Source: Candidatus Omnitrophota bacterium | GTDB lineage: Bacteria; Omnitrophota; Gorgyraeia; Gygaellales; Profunditerraquicolaceae | Length of the DNA stretch: 64,000 nucleotides | Assembly: GCA_030650425.1 (NCBI GenBank) | Contig: JAUSED010000010.1 | Location: 10,104 to 74,103 of the forward strand | Direction: 5' to 3' | Shown: positions 58,806-64,000 of the stretch, piece after piece | Position numbering within the stretch: the stretch's first letter is position 1 | How the letters are laid out: every line of letters begins with the position of its first letter | Made by a program: the position numbers and the translations under genes | Notes under the pieces: generated by a model | What the model was told of the DNA's origin: nothing | The model's database searches: none | What the model saw: only the letters and a program-made list of their open reading frames with translations

Positions 58806-59210
58806 TTATTTCTGAGCCTGCGGTCCCAATAATTTAATCTTCAAATTGTGACTCTGCTTTAACTCCCCGTTTACTCTAACTTCAATACTATAATCACCGG
58901 CTAAGTCGAATTTCAAATTAACCAATTGAATAGGCAAAGGAATGTACTGCTCCTCTGCGTGATCCTTCGACACATCGAGGTCGGCTTCCGCTTTAAATAT
59001 CGTGCCTTTCTCACCAATTAATCGAATATCAACCCTATTTTTACCTATATCTTGCCTTGTTACCTTTAATCTTACTAGTATAAATATTAAAGGGTGAACA
59101 CAAGGTAATTTACGCGCCGTAATTTCTGCAATACCCGCACCTACTAACGTAAATTTACCACCTTCATTCGCTGCTGCATAATCAGCTAAAATTAAATCAG
59201 TTACTTCCAT
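58806..59210 (-). CDS. Conserved beta-sandwich hypothetical protein (DUF6941-like)
   Basis: LADYA..GKFTLVG..F..AGDY.IEV.VNG. Confidence 0.6.
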   Translation of the reverse strand: MEVTDLILADYAAANEGGKFTLVGAGIAEITARKLPCVHPLIFILVRLKVTRQDIGKNRVDIRLIGEKGTIFKAEADLDVSKDHAEEQYIPLPIQLVNLKFDLAGDYSIEVRVNGELKQSHNLKIKLLGPQAQK

Positions 59211-59267
59211 TCTGCTACCTCCTCTTTATTTATAGTTGCTATATCGCAACTATTTACACAAAAAAAA

Positions 59268-59546
59268 TCACCTAATTTGTAGATAACGGACTAACTCTTC
59301 TCGCGATATAGTATATTGCTCACCCAACATTTTTGCACTCAACCTCCTTTCGCTGATCATTTTCCTTACTGCTTGTTGAGTTATGCCTGCCTCCTTAGCA
59401 AACTGAGTGACGGATAAAAAACTAGGCATATCACCTAGCTTAATTTCTAAGCGTAATAACGGTCGTAACCCTTCACTATGGCTTCCAAGCCGTATAACAG
59501 AAAAAGGTTCGTTTGCTGTAGCTTTAAAGTTCTTAATTTCAACCAT
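59268..59546 (-). CDS. Excisionase-type HTH DNA-binding protein
   Basis: LSVTQFAKEAGITQQAVRKMI..L.A..Y.I; TTGCTA-N17-TATGCT lies just 5' of ATG 59546. Confidence 0.75.
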   Translation of the reverse strand: MVEIKNFKATANEPFSVIRLGSHSEGLRPLLRLEIKLGDMPSFLSVTQFAKEAGITQQAVRKMISERRLSAKMLGEQYTISREELVRYLQIR

Positions 59547-60027
59547 AGAAAAAGCATAACATATAAGTTGCGATTTAGCAACAAATATTTTTATCAAATG
59601 CCTTGCGATTTTTTGACTAATATTTATTAGCGGGTGGCGAGGCCCGCTTTGAGCAGGGCGTAACGCAGGCGGAGCGGGCAAGGATCGTCTGCTATCTAAT
59701 ACTAGTGAGAGCGGAGCCGAGTAGCCGAGCGTGACTTTTCACGCCGGGAAAAATCGCGCGTCCCTGCGAGAAGTGGGCCTCGACAGGCCCCGCTAACCGG
59801 CTATGAGCGAGAAAATTGACAGAAAATCCGTTGCTGGCCCCGCTGATTAGAGCGAGCAACTCGGCAACAAAAAAGGCGCTGATTTCTCCAGCGCCTTTCC
59901 TCGTAGCATAAATGTTCCTTTCCGACATTTTAAGCATATCTTACTATAATCTCTCTGTCAAGAAAAACGAGGTGACACTCCAAGAAGTGTGGCGGGACAA
60001 CCTACAGGCAGGGACTCCGAGGTGGCG

Positions 60028-60261
60028 CTAAATTTTGCTTACTTTCAATAAAGTAAGCCTTTTTCGTTTCTTTAGCTTTTTGTGAAGAGCAATTATATCG
60101 TTCTGGACTAATTGGGCATTCGCCATTCTTACATTTGGCGGCAAATTTGGATTACCCTCGTAAATTGCTTTAATGTCGTGCAACTGCCTTGACCGAAGCC
60201 ATAACGGATCAATTGGCTGCTGTTTAATCCGTTTCAACAGTTTCTGAAACTTTTTATTCAT
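60028..60261 (-). CDS. Hypothetical basic protein
   Basis: ORF coupled to the TA operon. Confidence 0.45.
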   Translation of the reverse strand: MNKKFQKLLKRIKQQPIDPLWLRSRQLHDIKAIYEGNPNLPPNVRMANAQLVQNDIIALHKKLKKRKRLTLLKVSKI

Positions 60262-60262
60262 C

Positions 60263-60514
60263 TTACGCCTCTGCAACTTTATGCAGAACCTCCGAAATAA
60301 AAGTCTGATATTTAACGCCTAGTTTGTGCGCCTTTTGCTTAATATTCTCTAAGTCGTAACTGTTAACACGAATATTCAAGACGGCATCTTTTTTTCTCGC
60401 CTCAAGCGCGGCTGCTATTTCAGCAAACCTTTCTCTGCTTACACTAACATATTCCCCTCTTAGTAATGCATCCTCAATAGACTTTTCTTGCTTAGTCAGC
60501 TTGATTTTCCTCAT
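60263..60514 (-). CDS. Type II antitoxin (BrnA/CopG-like)
   Basis: LNIRV..DL..IK.KA..GVKYQT.I. Confidence 0.82.
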   Translation of the reverse strand: MRKIKLTKQEKSIEDALLRGEYVSVSRERFAEIAAALEARKKDAVLNIRVNSYDLENIKQKAHKLGVKYQTFISEVLHKVAEA

Positions 60515-60785
60515 TAGATCTCTCCTTCTTATAAAGTTTTGTGTATTTACGACTTTGATATAAGGTCTTCAGAAATAAGTACGTCTCCGCTTCAACACAG
60601 GGAACTAACCAAATATAGTTTCTGTATTCAAAAAGCAACATTTGTTGATTTTGCCTGTGCGGGTTATCTTTAACATCTATAATCTTTGCGGTAACAATTT
60701 CTTCAAACGAAACACCTCTTGTACGCTTCAATCTTTTGCTTTTCAGCGGGTTCCATCTAAATTCCTTCATCGACGCTTCACGCAA
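60492..60785 (-). CDS. Type II toxin (BrnT-like)
   Basis: FRWN..KS..LK..RGVSFEEI..FLKT...SRK. Confidence 0.82.
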   Translation of the reverse strand: MREASMKEFRWNPLKSKRLKRTRGVSFEEIVTAKIIDVKDNPHRQNQQMLLFEYRNYIWLVPCVEAETYLFLKTLYQSRKYTKLYKKERSNEENQAD

Positions 60786-60788
60786 TGG

Positions 60789-60828
60789 ATTGTATATACA
60801 ATTGTATCACACTTATGACCTTTGTCAA
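60789..60828 (-). promoter_or_regulatory. TA promoter with overlapping palindromes
   Basis: TTGACA-N16-TACAAT; the palindromes attgtatatacaat and atacaattgtat overlap -10/+1. Confidence 0.7.
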
Positions 60829-60948
60829 GTTTTTGTCTCCCTTGCGTGCCTCCTCTCTACTCTAATAGACGCAGGAAGAGGCAAAATCTAACAAATAAAA
60901 AAGCCAGTGAAATTGATCACTGGCTTTTCAATTAATACAGGATCGGGA

Positions 60949-61500
60949 TCAGCGCTGCACTATAAACAAAGTTGCTTCGGAGCTTGCGGAGTATGTATTA
61001 CCGGCTAGGCCTTGCGGACAACTTACCTGCAACATATATGTGCCGGGCAAAATATAGCCCTTGTAAGAATTATACTTGCTGATATTCGCAGGAAGCGTGC
61101 CATAAGCAAGTACCTTCTCGCTATGAGGTTGTATCTCCAATGTTTGGTACCCTGGCCAACATTTTCCTCCATAGCAGATATCCTGACCGTAAGTAGCGCT
61201 TAAGTAGCCCTCGGCTACAAAAGGCAGATATGTCTGCGGGTCCACTGATGTTAGACGGGAAACCTTCGCGAGCGTAAAATAGTAGCTTTTCTGCAGTTGG
61301 ATTGTCTGGATTCTATCCGACATATTCGTGACTCTAAGCTCCACTGTCACTGGTTCAAAAGAGGCCGACATGTAGCTGGCCCTGGACCTGGCTACCGAAG
61401 GGTTCAAAGTAACGGTAAATACGACATCATCTGCCAAGGCAATGTTAGTAAAAACAAGGCAAGCTAAAGATAATAAGAAAACTGCGATCTTTTTATTCAT
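60949..61500 (-). CDS. Secreted hypothetical protein
   Basis: Signal peptide ending ALA; beta-rich. Confidence 0.65.
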   Translation of the reverse strand: MNKKIAVFLLSLACLVFTNIALADDVVFTVTLNPSVARSRASYMSASFEPVTVELRVTNMSDRIQTIQLQKSYYFTLAKVSRLTSVDPQTYLPFVAEGYLSATYGQDICYGGKCWPGYQTLEIQPHSEKVLAYGTLPANISKYNSYKGYILPGTYMLQVSCPQGLAGNTYSASSEATLFIVQR

Positions 61501-61798
61501 TAGGCCCTCTCTTTCTTGGTTGGTTAATTTGTGACTTGTTTATAAAAAACAAAACCGAATTGACCAATTTCTTCAATTCGGTCTTGAAGTCAACCGGCGA
61601 TATTTTGATTACCTCCATAATCAAAATACGTGTAATAGCCCCATAAATTATTACGTTTAAGTATACACTTATTCTTTAATAAATTCAAGGCATCCGGCTA
61701 CATTTTTGCAAGCGCTTTCAAGCGGCTTGTTCGGAATGACACCGCACTCAAACCTGTATCCGACGCTTAAGATGGATTCATTTGTATCGTGCGGTGTT

Positions 61799-61848
61799 AA
61801 AATAAAAAAGCGTCTACAGCTATAAAGCCATAGACGCTTTTTTATTTT
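61799..61848 (-). terminator. rRNA operon terminator
   Basis: aaaataaaaaagcgtcta..tagacgcttttttatttt. Confidence 0.8.
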
Positions 61849-61849
61849 A

Positions 61850-61965
61850 AGGAGCACCGACCTACTCTCACATATCCTTACGAATACACTACCATCGGCC
61901 CTGAGGGGCTTAACTTCCGTATTCGGAATGGGAACGGGTGTTTCCCCCTCGGTAAAGGCACTCCA
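61850..61965 (-). rRNA. rrf: 5S rRNA
   Basis: CACCCGUUCCCAUUCCGAAUACGGAAGUUAAG..GCCGAUGGUAGU..GAGAGUAGGUCG. Confidence 0.95.
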
Positions 61966-62474
61966 AAATTTTTGTGCAACAAAAATTTTGGTACTTGGCG
62001 ATACCAAAAATCTTTTACCTAGGTTTGAGCCAAGTACCTCCATCACAAATAACCTCAACAACCACATAACCTCGTATGGTAAAAACTACTCTCAATAAAC
62101 CTTTGAGAATTGATTTTCCTCCACCTCCAGCTCTTTTGCAAGAAGGAGGCTCGGGATAATCTTCTTCGCTTTGCAGCGAAAAAAATTAAAGGCCAAGCCA
62201 ATCGGCTGATTAGTACGCATTAGCTCAAATCCTTACGGACCTTACACATTGCGCCTATCGAGGTCGTAGTCTACGACCAGCCTAATGGGGATACTTATTC
62301 TTGAGGGGGGCTTAGCACTTAGATGCTTTCAGCGCTTATCCCTTCCGAACATAGCTACCCGGCCTTTGCCCTTGGCAGGACAACCGGAACACCAGAGGTT
62401 CGTTTCTCTAGGTCCTCTCGTACTGAAGAGAACTCCTCTTCAAGTATCCTACGCCCACATCAGATAGAGACCGA

Positions 62475-63214
62475 CAATTTTTGTTACATTCGCAAAATTA
62501 TTGCGAAGGATCAATCATTTCTGCTGATCTCTGCATATCGCTATGCAGTTCGGACTGTATCATATCCGCCTGTCATGCGGATTCTGGCGTACAGTCTCTG
62601 AAGATTCCAAGTGAGAAATTATATCTTCCAGTTTTTGCTTGCGATATTTACCGCTAAAATTCATTGAATAAGCGATTGTTAATATCGTAATCAACCCATT
62701 CTTTTTTAAATGCCCTCCTTCTTTCATTAAACTAACGACTCGAGCAAATTTCTCAAAATCCTTTTGTTTGATTGAAATAAGAGGAGATTTTTTGAAGAAT
62801 GGTATGACTTTATTACGGAGATCATCGATATTTCGCACCACATAAACTGAAGTTTGATCCTTTAGATTTTGATAATCATTAGGTTTAATATACCCACAAC
62901 CTAATTTTTTCTTAATCACTTCAAGGACTTCAGTCCTGTCCTGGTGCTGTGAAACATGAAATTCCGGGATTACCTGAATCCCTAGTTTCACATTGCCGCT
63001 TTTTTGAATTGTTACTGAAAAGCAGCCTTCTCCATCAACAAAACCTGAGATATATGATGTTATCCCACCTGGCCTTTCCTGCTGATTGTCTGCACCCATA
63101 TATTTTCACTCCCGACGATATATTATCATATAGAGACTAAATCGTCAAGTAGTAATATGGGATTCTCAGAGTTTCCAGCAATTAGCCAGATTTAAAGACA
63201 GCAACGGTCATTTT
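62475..63214 (-). mobile_element. Group I intron (IB-like) inserted after U2604 (E. coli numbering, counted by eye)
   Basis: Exon GAGACAGU pairs with IGS GCUGUC (U.G); P, Q (AAUCAGCAGG), R (CAGAGACU) and S (GAUACAGUCC) elements; terminal G. Confidence 0.9.
62560..63099 (-). CDS. Single-motif LAGLIDADG homing endonuclease
   Basis: YISGFVDGEGCF; ORF overlaps the intron core elements. Confidence 0.92.
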   Translation of the reverse strand: MGADNQQERPGGITSYISGFVDGEGCFSVTIQKSGNVKLGIQVIPEFHVSQHQDRTEVLEVIKKKLGCGYIKPNDYQNLKDQTSVYVVRNIDDLRNKVIPFFKKSPLISIKQKDFEKFARVVSLMKEGGHLKKNGLITILTIAYSMNFSGKYRKQKLEDIISHLESSETVRQNPHDRRI

Positions 63215-63250
<36 letters not shown>

Positions 63251-63318
63251 CTTTTAACTGGCGAACAGCCAGACCCTTGGGACCTGCTTCAGCCCCAGGA
63301 TAGGATGAGCCGACATCG

Positions 63319-64000
63319 TACCTTTATCCATAATTACGTATGGTGTAGACTATATCTTTTCCCTACTGTCGGACTTTAGGCTTTCAGCCATATCCTTTAC
63401 TTTTTGATGTAGGGTTCGGCGTGTTATCTAGCTTCTTTTACAAAAGCTAAATCTCCTCTTTCGAGTCAGTCGTTACGGGGTCATAGTCAATTTTATAACG
63501 GAAACATGGCAACAGATGAGGCGCGACTATATTTCGAAATAGTCCTGCGCTTTCCGTTCGTATTCGAATTCTAAAGTATTGTTTATCGCGATTGAGACTG
63601 GACTTAATACCTAAATCTCGATCTAAAATATTCATCAATATCTTCTGGCTTACCAGATCAAACTGCTGAGTATTTAAATAAAATGTATTGCGACTCTTCG
63701 AACCGTCATCCATAAACCAAACAGAAAGCATCAAATTGGTTAGGATGAGATCGGTCGAAACTGCCTTTTTGCCGCTCGAATAATATTTTAAATAATATTC
63801 TGTAAAAAGCGGAAGGCTTTGAGTCGTAAAACGATAAGCAATACGATTGCCATTGCCATGGCGAGATTTTGGCGGAGTTTTGACAAACTCTTCGAAATTT
63901 TTCCACTTCCAATCAACATATTCTCGATATTGGAACGAGTGGTTAACCTCAAGAAGCGCGTTAGTTCTGGTGCCCTGCTTTCGCAATGCGCCATCACCAA
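63319..64000 (-). mobile_element. Group I intron (IA-like), probably after U2500; 5' end outside the window
   Basis: CCCGUAACGACUGA (R), AAGAUAUAGUCU (S), P9 hairpin; 3' exon resumes at CGAUGUCGG. Confidence 0.85.
63447..64000 (-). CDS. LAGLIDADG_2-type homing endonuclease, 5' partial
   Basis: GDGAL at the window edge and LSVWFMDDGS. Confidence 0.88.
   Translation of the reverse strand, partial: GDGALRKQGTRTNALLEVNHSFQYREYVDWKWKNFEEFVKTPPKSRHGNGNRIAYRFTTQSLPLFTEYYLKYYSSGKKAVSTDLILTNLMLSVWFMDDGSKSRNTFYLNTQQFDLVSQKILMNILDRDLGIKSSLNRDKQYFRIRIRTESAGLFRNIVAPHLLPCFRYKIDYDPVTTDSKEEI

Noticed and set aside
59692-59937. 81-aa ORF and the 5' extension of the HTH ORF to 59681
   Set aside because: They overlap the GC-rich hairpin element and have no protein-like features.
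61966-62188. tRNA or ncRNA in the 23S-5S spacer
   Set aside because: Hairpins are present but there is no cloverleaf or TTCG T-loop that I can support.
61669-62601. ORFs 61669..62067, 62285..62467 and 62323..62601
   Set aside because: They overlap the 5S/23S rRNA sequence.

Overview
Bacterial chromosomal window. The giant GGIDFR-tailed proteins suggest Ca. Omnitrophota, but this is an inference. Almost every gene, including the rRNA operon end, is on the - strand. Ordinary content: recG, glgP, hflKC, mscS, uup, dusB, pgi, a cyclophilin, an Mla/Pqi ABC operon, AbiE and BrnT-like toxin-antitoxin pairs, 5S rRNA, and the 3' part of a 23S rRNA split by two group I introns with LAGLIDADG genes. 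Notable content: (1) Two paralogous giant secreted proteins (2416 and 1787 aa) share N- and C-terminal domains but carry different enzymatic cargo modules, joined by a conserved ~40-50 bp GC-rich DNA linker. (2) Both genes and one of two paralogous orphan small RNAs share the same promoter geometry: GAAAGCGCTTTC-N20-(-35)-N16-YATACT. (3) Several REP/MITE-like palindrome families are dispersed through the window, nest inside each other and insert in-frame into proteins. (4) Two ORF6N genes contain the same DNA palindrome read in different frames, with two more copies upstream. (5) Two candidate monovalent-cation riboswitches precede mscS and hflKC. All calls come from reading the sequence by eye; no searches were run.
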